DNA of 64,000 bases from Pseudomonadota bacterium (GTDB lineage Bacteria; Desulfobacterota; JAPLJL01): contig JAPLJI010000141.1 in assembly GCA_026388655.1 (NCBI GenBank), positions 5,890 to 69,889 on the forward strand, written 5' to 3'. The first letter of the stretch is position 1, and each line of letters begins with the position of its first letter. Of this stretch, positions 8,291 through 17,770 are shown piece after piece. The notes beneath the pieces were generated by a model that worked only from the letters and a program-made list of their open reading frames with translations, ran no database searches and was not told the origin of the DNA. A program made the position numbers and the translations under genes.

Positions 8291-9337
8291 TTAGATCTCT
8301 CCCAGTATCCGGATGATTTCGGCGGCGATCAGATCCAGGGGCAGGACCTTGTCGACCGCCCCCAGTTCGATGGCGGCTTTGGGCATCCCGAAGACCACGC
8401 AGTCGCTTTCCGCCTGGGCGATGGTTTTCCCGCCCCGGATTTTAATCTCCAGGATTCCCTCCGCCCCATCGGATCCCATTCCCGAGAGGATGACGCCGAT
8501 GGTCCGGGGCCCGAAGGAATCGGCCACCGATTTCAGGAGAATAGTGCCGGAAGGCCGGTGGCTCATGATCGGAGGGCCAGAGTTAAAGGCAATCCTCCGG
8601 CTGGAATTAACGACCATATGAAAACCGGTGGGAGCGATGTACATCGTCCCCGCTTTCAGTTCCTCGCCTTTGGCGCCTTCCTTGACCTTCAACTTGGCTT
8701 CATGGTTCAACCAGCCGGCCAGCCCCGAAGCGAAACCTTCGGAGATGTGCTGAACCACCACGATCGGGGCGGGGAGATTTTCCGGAAGTCCCCGGAGGAT
8801 ATGGAGCAGGGCCTTGGGCCCGCCGGTGGAGGCGGCCACGGCCACGATTTTAAACTGGTCCGCGGCCCGGTATTCCTGCACCGCCGGCTCGAGGGGAGAT
8901 CGCTTCAGCTTTCCCCGCACGTGGGAAACCACCTTGACCCGCGAGAGCATCTTGACGAGCGTGGTAAATTCGATTTCCTTGGGAGTCAGCTCGGGTCCGG
9001 GGGAAAGGGTCGGTTTGTCAATGACCTCCAGCGCGCCCAGTTCGAGGGCGCGAAAGGAGATGGTTTTTCCTTCCCGGGCCAGGGCCGAGGTGGCCACGAG
9101 GATGGGAGTGGGATGGTAGGCCATGATTTTTTCAATGGCCTGGAAACCGTCCATCACCGGCATGTAGAGATCCATGATAATCAGGTCCGGGCGGAAATTC
9201 TGGGTGAGCCGGATCGCCTCGGACCCGTTTTCGGCCTGGCCAACTACGAAAAATTCAGGATCTTTTTCCAGGATCTTGATGATAATTTCCCGAATCAAGG
9301 GGGAATCATCAACCACGAGGATCCGAATGCGGCTCAT
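8291..9337 (-). CDS. cheB: CheB methylesterase with N-terminal receiver domain
   Basis: ILVVDDSPLIRE, IIMDLYMPVMDG, AVAASTGGPKAL and LSGMGSDGAEG. Confidence 0.9.
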   Translation of the reverse strand: MSRIRILVVDDSPLIREIIIKILEKDPEFFVVGQAENGSEAIRLTQNFRPDLIIMDLYMPVMDGFQAIEKIMAYHPTPILVATSALAREGKTISFRALELGALEVIDKPTLSPGPELTPKEIEFTTLVKMLSRVKVVSHVRGKLKRSPLEPAVQEYRAADQFKIVAVAASTGGPKALLHILRGLPENLPAPIVVVQHISEGFASGLAGWLNHEAKLKVKEGAKGEELKAGTMYIAPTGFHMVVNSSRRIAFNSGPPIMSHRPSGTILLKSVADSFGPRTIGVILSGMGSDGAEGILEIKIRGGKTIAQAESDCVVFGMPKAAIELGAVDKVLPLDLIAAEIIRILGEI

Positions 9338-9344
9338 ATTTTGT

Positions 9345-11348
9345 TTACTGGATCAGTCTCTGGATAATCTCGACGAGCTTTTCGTGATGGAACTCGCTTT
9401 TCGCGATATAGGCATCCGCTCCCACCTCCACGCCCCGCCGCCGGTCTTCGGGGGAAGAATGGGTCGAGACGATTATAACCGGGAGCGAACGGGTCCGGGC
9501 CTCGGCCCGGATCTTTACGGTCAGATCAAAGCCGTTGAGATTGGGCATTTCCACATCGGTAATGACCAGGTCGAAGGCTTCCTCCCGCAGGCGGGTCCAG
9601 GCCTGCAGGCCGTCTTCCGCTTCCTGGACCTGCCGGGAGCGGACCGATTCAAAGAGATCCGGGACATGCAGGAAGAAAGCCAGTTCGCCTTTCTCCAGGA
9701 GGGTGGCCCCGGCCAGGTTGCGGACCTCGCCCAGGAATTTGCCCAGGGGTTTAACCGCGATTTCCCGCTCGGAGATAATCCGGTCCGTAACCAGGGCCAG
9801 CTTCTCCCGGGTGGATTCGATGATGACCACCGGCCATTTGGATTTTCCTTTCGGCCGGGGAGGGGAATTGGGATAAAGGATGTCGGCGAGGTGAAAAATC
9901 GGAACGGTATTTCCCCGAAACTGGATGACTTTTTGACCTTCCACCGAAAGGGCCTCGGACGGCTGGATCTTGAGCACCTCCACCGCCGCTGAGGAGGGGA
10001 GGGCGAAAAGACTTTCATTCAGGGACAGGAGCAGAACCTTGATGATGTTTAGGCGCGGGGGGAGACGGAGGGTGAATTTGGTTCCTTTCCCGATTTCGCT
10101 CTGGATCTCGACCGACCCTTCCATGCTTTCAATGTTCTGCTTGACCACATCCAGACCCACGCCCCGGCCGGAAAGGTCGGTGATGACTTCCTTGGTGGAA
10201 AAGCCGGGGGTGAAAAGCAGGGAGAAAATATCCCGCTGGTTTAAACTTCCGGCTTCCGCCTGGGTCAGAAAGCGTTTTTTGACCGCGGAGGCGATGATCT
10301 CCTCGGGGTTGATGCCCCGGCCGTCGTCTTCGATCTCGATGATGATGTGGTCGCCCTCGGTGCGGGCGGTCAGGAAGATTTTCCCCAGCCGGGCTTTCCC
10401 GTTTTTGCTTCTCTCTTCCGGCGGTTCCACCCCGTGATCGATTGAGTTCCGGATCAGGTGGATGAGCGGATCCTTGATCCGGTCGAGTATGATTTTGTCG
10501 AGCTCGGCGGTCCCGCCCTGGGTTTCCAGCTGGATCTCCTTGCCGAATTCCTTGGCTAGGTCCCGGACCATCCGGGGAAAGAGGTCGAAAAGAGTGGAGA
10601 TCGGCAGCAGCCGGACTTCCCGAACCTGATCCTGGAGCACGGAAACCGCGTAATCCATTTTCGTGGTTTCGTCCTGGAATTCCTTGCTGAGCTGGTTCAA
10701 CTCCTTCTGTAGTTTTTTAAATTCTTCGACGCTGATGGTTCCGGTTTTTGATTCCAGGCATTCCCGGAACAGGTTTTTCAAGCTGCGCAGGGAAAAAGCC
10801 AGGTTATGGTAACGGATCTGGTTGATAAAGATGTCTCCGGAAACGTTGGAAAGCTGGTCGAGTTTCTCGATCCCGACCCGGATGGATTCCTCCGCCTGGG
10901 AAAGGAGCAGGGAGGCCGGGGATTCCGGGTGGCCGGCGGACGGGGTTTCCGGGGCTTTCCCTTCCACCGCGGCGGTGAGCTTGTTGGTCAGGCTGAGCAG
11001 GTCGACCGATTTCTTGTCTTCCCCGATTTTTTTCTGGACCAGCTTGCCGACCGCGTCCAGGCTTTCAAAGAGGATGTCGGTTTCGTTGGGCAAGAATTGA
11101 AACTCCCGCAGTTGCAGCGATTTCAGCAGGTCTTCAATCTTGTGAGCGATCAGGTTGACGTCCGAAAAACCCATCATGCGGGATTCACCCTTCAGGGTAT
11201 GGATTTCCCGCATCAGCTGGTTGATCAGGTTGGGATCGCGGTTTCCTTTTTCGATTTCCAGCAGGCCCTGGTTCAGGATGCGGAGACGGTCCAGGGTCAC
11301 GTCCCGGAATTTGTCCAGAAGTTTGCCGCGGGTGCTGGTCTCGTTCAT
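9345..11348 (-). CDS. cheA: CheA histidine kinase (Hpt, dimerisation, HATPase, CheW-like) with a C-terminal receiver domain that lacks its first strand and helix
   Basis: Hpt motif REIHTLKGESRMMGF, ATPase motifs HLIRNSIDHG, DDGRGI and GRGVGLD, then a CheW-like domain. The receiver starts abruptly at QVQEAEDGLQAW...DLVITDVEMP with no preceding xxVDD strand. Confidence 0.85.
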   Translation of the reverse strand: MNETSTRGKLLDKFRDVTLDRLRILNQGLLEIEKGNRDPNLINQLMREIHTLKGESRMMGFSDVNLIAHKIEDLLKSLQLREFQFLPNETDILFESLDAVGKLVQKKIGEDKKSVDLLSLTNKLTAAVEGKAPETPSAGHPESPASLLLSQAEESIRVGIEKLDQLSNVSGDIFINQIRYHNLAFSLRSLKNLFRECLESKTGTISVEEFKKLQKELNQLSKEFQDETTKMDYAVSVLQDQVREVRLLPISTLFDLFPRMVRDLAKEFGKEIQLETQGGTAELDKIILDRIKDPLIHLIRNSIDHGVEPPEERSKNGKARLGKIFLTARTEGDHIIIEIEDDGRGINPEEIIASAVKKRFLTQAEAGSLNQRDIFSLLFTPGFSTKEVITDLSGRGVGLDVVKQNIESMEGSVEIQSEIGKGTKFTLRLPPRLNIIKVLLLSLNESLFALPSSAAVEVLKIQPSEALSVEGQKVIQFRGNTVPIFHLADILYPNSPPRPKGKSKWPVVIIESTREKLALVTDRIISEREIAVKPLGKFLGEVRNLAGATLLEKGELAFFLHVPDLFESVRSRQVQEAEDGLQAWTRLREEAFDLVITDVEMPNLNGFDLTVKIRAEARTRSLPVIIVSTHSSPEDRRRGVEVGADAYIAKSEFHHEKLVEIIQRLIQ

Positions 11349-11404
11349 GGCTATGGCAGGGCTTAAAGTTTCAAGTTTAAAGTTTCAAGGTTGAATAAAT
11401 TATT

Positions 11405-11478
11405 GTAGTGGCCGACCTTGGTCGGCAAAGAAGTCGAGCAATCCTTCGCTTCGCTCGAGGACAAGGCTCGACCACTAC
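11405..11478. repeat. REP2-like composite palindrome (GTAGTGG ... CCACTAC bracket)
   Basis: gtagtggccgaccttggtcggc ... ggctcgaccactac, with two internal hairpins, between cheA and mcp. Confidence 0.6.
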
Positions 11479-11497
11479 TGAAAAGAATAATGATATG

Positions 11498-13288
11498 TTA
11501 GATCTTGAAGGCATCCACCAGGCCTTTAAGTTCATCCGCCAGCTGGGCCAGTTCGGTGGCCGACTGGGTGGCCTGTTTGTTCCCGGCGATGGTTTCCTTG
11601 GAGACCTTGGAAACCTCGTCCAGGGCCGCCACTACCTGTTCCGTCCCGCTCCGCTGCTGCTGGGTGGCGAAACTGATCTGCTTGGCCGCGTCCGTCGTCT
11701 CCCGGATCCGGGTGAAAATCCGCTCCAGGGATCCCTCCGTCCGCTTCATCATCTCCGTCCCCAGTTCCGTGGTCTTCAACCCCGCCTCCGTCGACATCAC
11801 CGCCGAATTGGTCGCCTCCTGGATCTCCCGGATAATCCGCTTGATCTCCTTGGTCGATTCCACCACGCTCTCCGCCAAACGCCGCATCTCCGCCGCCACC
11901 AGGGAAAAGCCTTTTCCCGCCTCGCCCGCCCTGGTTCCCTCCAGGGCCGCGTTCAAAGCCAGGAGATCGGTCTTGTCCGCGATTTCATCAATAATCTCCA
12001 CGATCGCCCCGATCTCCTTCGACTTTTCATTCAGCCGCAGGATCCGGTCCGCGATCGACTGGGTGTTTTTCCGGATCTCCTCCATTCCCTGCCGCGACTC
12101 GGAGAGCGTCTTCCGCCCCTCCTCCGCCGCCCGCAGGGTTTCGTCCGCCACCCGGGCTACCGACTCGGCGTTGTCGGCGATCTGCCGGCTGGTGCTGGAA
12201 AGCTCCTCCATGGTGGCCATCGTTTCATTGATGGAAGCGGCCTGCTCGGCCGAGCCCGATTCCTGCTCCCGGGCCGAGGCCAGGATCTCGCTGGCCGAGG
12301 TCGAGACCTGGAGACTGGCCTCCTTGATCCGCTTGACCAGGGCCCCCAGGTTGTCCACCATCAGGTTGAAGGAGTTGGCCAGGTCGCCCCGGATCTCCAC
12401 CCGGCGGGAAAGATCCCCCTCGGCGATCAGCCGGGCCTGCGTAGCCAGGTCGTTCAGACTGGTGATCATTTTCCGGAAGGCCTGGGCCAGCTTGCCGATT
12501 TCATCCTGGGAGACGATCTGGATGGACTGGGAGAGGTTTCCCTCCGAAATGGCTGAAGCGATATCCGCCATGTTGGTGATGGGGGAGATGATGACCCGGG
12601 CCAGGACCAAAGCGATCATAATGCCGGCCAGGATCAGGAGAATGGTGATCCCGGTACCCCAGAGGGTGTTGTTGAAAAGTTTCTGATTAATGGTTTTCGG
12701 GGAAATCCCGATCCGGATGAAACCGACGGTTTTTTCTTCCTTGGAGGAGCTGCCGGCCTTGGCGGCCTCCGGAGCGGCTTTGGGTTCGTCAAAGAACATG
12801 TCCTCACCCAGCCCGCGACCGGTCTTTTCGGCGGGGGCGGCGCCGGAGACCACCAGGGGGGCCGAAATGTCCCAGAGATTGTCGCTGACCATGGTTTTGC
12901 TCATCTGGTTTTTCTTCTGGATTTCCGGGAAAAGCTTGGCGTTGAGCGGTTCCCCCTGGTTCTGGGGATCAACCGCGGCCAGGACCCTTCCTTCCTGATC
13001 CAGGACGATCGAGTAAACCACGTCATCCTGTTCGCTGACGCCTTTCAAAAGCCGGTCCAGGCTTTCCATGTCCCCGACCCGGAGGGGAATCCGGCTGTTG
13101 TAGGCCAGGTTCTTGGCGATGGTGAACGCCCTTTTTTCAAACTGATCGAGAATACCGCTGCGGGACTGGTGCAGAAGGTACCAGCAAAGGGATCCCCCCA
13201 TCAGGATCATCGCCCCGGCGATCGAGATAATGAATTTGGAATGCAAGGTGGCGAACAAGGCGCGCCTGCGTTCCTGCTGTTGGTCCAT
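11498..13288 (-). CDS. mcp: Methyl-accepting chemotaxis protein (periplasmic sensor, HAMP, MA domain)
   Basis: Two TM segments, a HAMP domain (ISPITNMADIASAISEGNLSQ), and the highly conserved signalling hairpin IADKTDLLALNAALEGTRAGEAGKGFSLVAAEMRRLAE. Confidence 0.9.
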   Translation of the reverse strand: MDQQQERRRALFATLHSKFIISIAGAMILMGGSLCWYLLHQSRSGILDQFEKRAFTIAKNLAYNSRIPLRVGDMESLDRLLKGVSEQDDVVYSIVLDQEGRVLAAVDPQNQGEPLNAKLFPEIQKKNQMSKTMVSDNLWDISAPLVVSGAAPAEKTGRGLGEDMFFDEPKAAPEAAKAGSSSKEEKTVGFIRIGISPKTINQKLFNNTLWGTGITILLILAGIMIALVLARVIISPITNMADIASAISEGNLSQSIQIVSQDEIGKLAQAFRKMITSLNDLATQARLIAEGDLSRRVEIRGDLANSFNLMVDNLGALVKRIKEASLQVSTSASEILASAREQESGSAEQAASINETMATMEELSSTSRQIADNAESVARVADETLRAAEEGRKTLSESRQGMEEIRKNTQSIADRILRLNEKSKEIGAIVEIIDEIADKTDLLALNAALEGTRAGEAGKGFSLVAAEMRRLAESVVESTKEIKRIIREIQEATNSAVMSTEAGLKTTELGTEMMKRTEGSLERIFTRIRETTDAAKQISFATQQQRSGTEQVVAALDEVSKVSKETIAGNKQATQSATELAQLADELKGLVDAFKI

Positions 13289-13409
13289 GGTTTATCTCCT
13301 TTCAGTTCTAATCTCAGCTGAATTCGCCCGCATTTTTCGGGACGACTAGAATTTTATCGAAATAGTTCCCGTGATTCTACGCCCTACCTTTTCTATAAAG
13401 GACACGGGG

Positions 13410-13865
13410 TTAATTTTTTCCTGCATCATCAGTCTGGTTTGCGAGGTAAGCGATGGTTTTTTCCAGGTCCAGGAGCAAAACGACCTGCTGTTTGACCAGC
13501 GCGAAACCGATCAGGCCCGGGTGGGAGATGGATTCCCGGAGAATGGGGGGGGGAGAAAAAATCCGTTCCGATGGCACTTTGAAAATCCCGTTGATTTTCG
13601 TAACCGGGAAGGCGTGGGTTTTACCTCCGCCCTGCCAAAGGATCATCCGGGTGTCGGGCTGAAGCGGGTGAGGCCGGGAAAAAAGGGATTGCTGGAGATC
13701 AGAGATCAGGAGGCCAGGCCGGTCCTGGATTTCCTGATAAAGGGCGAAACTGGAGGCCTGGCCGAGGTCGCAGGCGAATTCCGCTTCCCCGAGCTGGAAA
13801 TTGATAATTTCAACCTCCGCGGCCGTCGGGGAATCTGAAGGATTTGATGAATTAAAAGCGGCCAT
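13410..13865 (-). CDS. cheW: CheW-like coupling protein (contains a C9 homopolymer, G9 on the plus strand at 13545-13553)
   Basis: FQLGEAEFACDL, GFALVKQQVVLLLDLEK, and che operon context. Confidence 0.7.
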   Translation of the reverse strand: MAAFNSSNPSDSPTAAEVEIINFQLGEAEFACDLGQASSFALYQEIQDRPGLLISDLQQSLFSRPHPLQPDTRMILWQGGGKTHAFPVTKINGIFKVPSERIFSPPPILRESISHPGLIGFALVKQQVVLLLDLEKTIAYLANQTDDAGKN

Positions 13866-13891
13866 GGGTTAGATTTTCCGGCCGGAACGCT

Positions 13892-14425
13892 TCAAGAAGT
13901 TTTTCGGCGTTGGATGCGGGCGCCTTCAATGATTTTATCAAGGTTGAGAAGGATGATCAGCCGGTCATTCAATAAAACCTCGCCCAGAAGGTAATCCGAT
14001 TTGATTTTTTCCAGAACCGTCAGCGGCGCCTGAATTTTATCGGCCGGGATCTGGGTGAGCTCGTAAACCTGGTCGGCTTTGATCCCGGCGGAAATATCCT
14101 GGCTTTGCACGATCAGGATGCGGGATTGCGGCGAGGACTGGCTTCCGGGCAATCCGAGGAGATTTTTCAGATCGACAATGGGGAGAATCTGTCCCCGGAA
14201 ATAAATCGCCCCCAGGATCCAATCGGGGGTACAGGGAACAGGATTGATGGCCTGATTAGGGATTATTTCGTTTACCTGAAAGGCTTCAACCCCGTAGTTT
14301 TCCTCCCCGAGGAGAAAACAGAGAAATTCCCGCATCGGGGCGGGGGCGGCCTGGACCTCGCGGATGGCTCCCCCCGAATCAGAGTCCAGAATCTTTCCCA
14401 GCTTGGTTCTTTTGGTTGTTTCCAT
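13892..14425 (-). CDS. cheW: CheW coupling protein
   Basis: FLCFLLGEENYGVEAFQVNEI, ILGAIYFRGQILPIVDLKNLLG and LIILLNLDKI. Confidence 0.8.
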   Translation of the reverse strand: METTKRTKLGKILDSDSGGAIREVQAAPAPMREFLCFLLGEENYGVEAFQVNEIIPNQAINPVPCTPDWILGAIYFRGQILPIVDLKNLLGLPGSQSSPQSRILIVQSQDISAGIKADQVYELTQIPADKIQAPLTVLEKIKSDYLLGEVLLNDRLIILLNLDKIIEGARIQRRKTS

Positions 14426-14758
14426 GGCGAAGGAATTTCCCCCTAGGTTAGCTTAAATAATTAACAGTATTATCGCCTGATCGTCAATAGAGCTTTCCCC
14501 TCAATTTACTTTAGAGACGATCATGACAAATGGTTGGGGGGAATCATTAATTTTAAAGATACTGGAGGGGTACTTAGGAGAAAGGTTTGGGGTTTACGCC
14601 GGGGGGGGGGAATTTCCCTCCCGGGAACTGATTTTTATATCTGGGATCCACCCCGGGCGCGTTTTTTCTGCCCGATCCCATGGGGATTGGCTCGACCGGG
14701 GGAAGGGAGAAAATCAGAGATGGAGAGGTTTAGGAAATTTCCAGGGATGGCTAAAAGT

Positions 14759-15450
14759 ATGGAAAAACGCGTTTTTACCCGAAGCTGGACGGTGCCTTTT
14801 TTTATTTTGTTCTTTTTCACCAGCCCGGCCCGGGTTTTTTCCTCCGAAGTCGCGGTTTTTTTGAGCGGTGACTCAGTATTCCAATCTGACGGGGGTGGCT
14901 TACCCGGAAGGGGTTTTAAAATTTAAGGCTGATTTCGAAAATATATATGACGAGGAATCCCGGGGGATCGAGGCCGAGGTCAAAGGGAATCCCTACCCCT
15001 GGCTGACCACTTTCGCGAATTACTCCTTTACCGACGTGATTTTTACCGGGTACAGGGTTAACGGGAAAATGCGCGGGATCGATCAGGCGCTTGATAGTCT
15101 GCTGGGATACCGGTTCGGGGGCAAAGCCGATCGAAGAACCCCCCGGCATAAAATCAACGGGGGGGGTAGCGGCCAGTCTGAAAAATGGAATATCGGCGAC
15201 GGTTCTGGTTCATTATGTCGGAAGCACCGATTGGCCGCCGAACCTGGATCGGGGGCTGGGTATTTTTCCCCTGGGGCCGCTTCCTGCTTACACCCTGGTT
15301 AACCTGAGGGTGGGATATCGGTTTTACCGGGACCAGGCGGAGGTGGCGGCCAGCGTTGCCAACCTCCTGAACGATGAGCATCAGGAATTTCCCCGATACG
15401 CCGAGACCATCGGCACCCAGTTCAACGGCAGCGTGCGGATATCTTTCTGA
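14759..15450 (+). pseudogene. TonB-dependent receptor relic: signal peptide joined to the last 190 or so residues of the barrel, with frameshifts (one at a G8 run, 15159-15166)
   Basis: A signal peptide (MEKRVFTRSWTVPFFILFFFTSPARVFS) is followed by three frames carrying TBDR C-terminal motifs (ESRGIEAEVKGNPYPWLTTFANYSFTD; TLVNLRVGYRF...SVRISF with terminal Phe). Removing one G from the G8 run restores PRHKINGGVAASLKNGISATVLVHYVGS. Confidence 0.6.
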
Positions 15451-15468
15451 TTGTTTTTTTCGGGATGG

Positions 15469-15497
15469 TTGACAACCTTGCCGCCGGGTTCTATTTT
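15469..15497 (+). promoter_or_regulatory. Sigma-70-type promoter candidate (TTGACA-17 nt-TATTTT) upstream of the B12 riboswitch
   Basis: ttgaca at 15469-15474 and tatttt at 15492-15497, with exactly 17 nt between them. Confidence 0.5.
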
Positions 15498-15499
15498 AT

Positions 15500-15730
15500 A
15501 GGGCGGTTTGGACATATCGTTCGGGTTTCGTAGGATTAATAGGGAAGGCCGTGAAAGTCGGCCGCGGTCCCGCCACTGTGATTGGGCTTGAGTCCCGAAC
15601 CTGAGTTTCGGTTCACCCCCGCGCCACTGTTTGCCTGGAAGCGAATGGGAAGGCCGGGGGAATCAGAAGATCGCCCATAAGCCAGGAAACCTGCCCGAAC
15701 GGCTGAGACCTTTAAGCTCTCCGCGTGAGG
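15500..15730 (+). promoter_or_regulatory. Cobalamin (B12) riboswitch, boundaries approximate
   Basis: The conserved core AATAGGGAAGGCCGTGAAAGTCGGCCGCGGTCCCGCCACTGT lies at 15538-15579. The B12 box AAGCCAGGAAACCTGCCC lies at 15679-15696. Located upstream of cobalamin salvage and uptake genes. Confidence 0.85.
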
Positions 15731-15752
15731 GGGCAGGGGTAAGGGAATTTTA

Positions 15753-15786
15753 CCCGGCGCTTCATAAGGAGTGCCGGGTTTTTTGT
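15753..15786 (+). terminator. Intrinsic terminator, likely the riboswitch expression platform
   Basis: cccggcgcttcataaggagtgccggg is followed by tttttt. Confidence 0.65.
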
Positions 15787-15923
15787 TATAAAAAACGGTT
15801 TGTTAGCAAGGCAAATTTGGATTATTACTTTAATTATAAAACTTGCCCGAATTGATTGTGATTTTGGGATTTGGCGATTGGGAGTTGTTTGGGATTTTGG
15901 ATTTGGAGCTTGGGATTTTAAAA

Positions 15924-16484
15924 ATGGGACACTGGACCTTAATAATCGGGGGGGCGAGGAGCGGCAAAAGCAGTCATGCGCTCAAAATGGCCAGGGGTTT
16001 CGGGCCGGCCAGGTATTACGTTGCCACTGCCAGGGCGGGTGATAAAGAAATGAGGGAAAGAATCCTGAATCATAAGAAAGAGAGGGGTTCCGATTTCCAG
16101 ACGATTGAGGAACAGCATGAATTAACCCGGGCGCTTCTGGGTTTACCGGCGGATGCCAGGGTGGTGGTAGTGGATTGTCTGACCCTGTGGGTAAACAACC
16201 TACTCCTCGCGGAGAAAAGAGAAGAAAAGATCAAGAAGATAATCGAAGAACTGTTGGAAACGAAAAAGCAGGTCAAGGTCCCGATAATCTGGGTTTCGAA
16301 TGAGGTGGGACAGGGGATAGTACCGAATGATCCGCTCTCCCGCCGGTACCAGGATCTCCTGGGGTGGACCAATCAGAGATTTGCCGGGGTTTCCAACCGG
16401 GTGATCCAGATGGTGGCGGGGTTACCGATTCAGGTAAAAAGCAGCAAGGAGGCCGGGCGTCCCGCCCGGCAAATTAGCCGGTAG
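15924..16484 (+). CDS. cobU: Adenosylcobinamide kinase / adenosylcobinamide-phosphate guanylyltransferase
   Basis: MGHWTLIIGGARSGKSSHA (P-loop) and VVVDCLTLWVNN. The ORF-track start at 15843 would translate a gggattt word repeat and is unlikely. Confidence 0.85.
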   Translation: MGHWTLIIGGARSGKSSHALKMARGFGPARYYVATARAGDKEMRERILNHKKERGSDFQTIEEQHELTRALLGLPADARVVVVDCLTLWVNNLLLAEKREEKIKKIIEELLETKKQVKVPIIWVSNEVGQGIVPNDPLSRRYQDLLGWTNQRFAGVSNRVIQMVAGLPIQVKSSKEAGRPARQISR

Positions 16485-16527
16485 CCGCAGGCTTTAGCCT
16501 GCGTAAAGTAAAAACGAAGGAGAAACA

Positions 16528-17607
16528 ATGACCGAGAAAGAGCTGAAAAAAATACTGGACCAGATCAAACCGCTGGATCGGGTTTTTTTTGAAAAGGCGC
16601 AAGCCCACTTGGACAATTTAACCAAACCGAAGGGGAGCCTGGGCCGCCTGGAGGAAATCGCCGCCCGGGTGGTGGCCATCACCGAGAAGTTGAGGCCCCA
16701 GGCCGCCCGGAAAAGGATCTACGTTTTCGCCGGGGATCACGGGGTGGAGGAGGAGGGGATAAGTTGTTTTCCCCGGGAAGTGACCGCGCAGATGGTGTTC
16801 AACTTTCTCCGGGGCGGGGCGGGGATAAATGTCCTGGCCCGGCAGGTCGGAGCGGAAGTCCTGGTGGTGGACGTCGGGGTGGATCATGACTTCCAGGGGA
16901 TCTCCGGGCTGTTCGACCGCAAGATCGCCCGGGGAACGAGAAACCTGGCCCGGGGTCCGGCCATGTCCAGGAAGCAGGCGATCCAGTCCTTGGCGGTCGG
17001 CATCGAACTGGCCCGCGAGGCTCACCGGGATGGGGTTAATCTCCTGGGATGCGGGGACATGGGGATTGCCAATACCACCCCCAGCTCGGCGATCACGGCG
17101 GTCATGACCGGCGAATCACTGGAAAAAATAACCGGCAAAGGCACCGGGATCGACCCGGAGAGATGGCGGAAGAAGGTGCGGATTATCCGCCAGGCCATCC
17201 GGAAAAATCGTCCCAACCGGAATGATCCGGTCGATGTTCTCGCCAAGGTGGGAGGCTTTGAGATCGGGGGGATAGCGGGTTTGATCCTGGGAGCGGCCTC
17301 GCTCCGGATTCCGGTGGTGATCGATGGCTTTATTTCCGGCGCCGGGGCTTTGATCGCCGCGGGACTTTCACCCCGGGTGGGCGAGTATATTTTTGCGTCT
17401 CACCAGTCGGTTGAACCCGGGCATCGGGCCATTTTAAAAGCCCTGCGGCAGAAGCCGATTCTGGAACTTGATCTCAGGCTCGGAGAGGGCACCGGGGCGG
17501 CTCTGGGAATAGGAATAGTGGAAGCGGCGGTTCGGGTTCTTAATGAAATGGCGGCATTCGGCGAGGTCAGCGTGAGCAGGGAAGTCAATCAAAGCATTGA
17601 AAAGTAA
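16528..17607 (+). CDS. cobT: Nicotinate-nucleotide--dimethylbenzimidazole phosphoribosyltransferase
   Basis: LTKPKGSLGRLEE, FAGDHGV, GDMGIANTT and LRLGEGTGAAL. A GAAGGAG RBS lies upstream. Confidence 0.9.
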   Translation: MTEKELKKILDQIKPLDRVFFEKAQAHLDNLTKPKGSLGRLEEIAARVVAITEKLRPQAARKRIYVFAGDHGVEEEGISCFPREVTAQMVFNFLRGGAGINVLARQVGAEVLVVDVGVDHDFQGISGLFDRKIARGTRNLARGPAMSRKQAIQSLAVGIELAREAHRDGVNLLGCGDMGIANTTPSSAITAVMTGESLEKITGKGTGIDPERWRKKVRIIRQAIRKNRPNRNDPVDVLAKVGGFEIGGIAGLILGAASLRIPVVIDGFISGAGALIAAGLSPRVGEYIFASHQSVEPGHRAILKALRQKPILELDLRLGEGTGAALGIGIVEAAVRVLNEMAAFGEVSVSREVNQSIEK

Positions 17608-17770
17608 AAGGTGAAAGGTCAAAGGTCAAAGGAAAAAATAGTATTTCAAAACGGAAACTGAAAATTGAAGAAAAAGCTGAAAGCTGACCGCTGATAGCTG
17701 AAAGCTCAAATCGTTTCAAGTTCAATAAACCGACATTGATACCGACAAGGACACTAAAAACTTGATTTCA

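Noticed and set aside
7153-9367. Long plus-strand ORFs (387 aa and 477 aa) antisense to cheR and cheB. Similar long antisense ORFs lie at 11408-12686 (opposite mcp), 25346-26340 (opposite the acyl-CoA synthetase), 30914-31705 (opposite transketolase), 43890-45233 (opposite ftsH), 38527-39405, 59937-60878 and others.
   Set aside because: Their translations are low-complexity and rich in Gly, Arg, Pro and Asp, with no motifs. The opposite strand encodes proteins with unmistakable family signatures. Long stop-free antisense frames are expected in GC-rich coding DNA.
15843-15923. N-terminal extensions offered by the ORF track for cobU (from 15843), ftsH (from 43764), cas2 (from 3446), the ferredoxin (to 24528) and the glycosidase (to 36407).
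   Set aside because: The extensions translate word repeats, tandem repeats or the end of the upstream gene. Internal ATGs with better RBSs, proper signal peptides or family-typical N-termini exist, so the shorter models were used.
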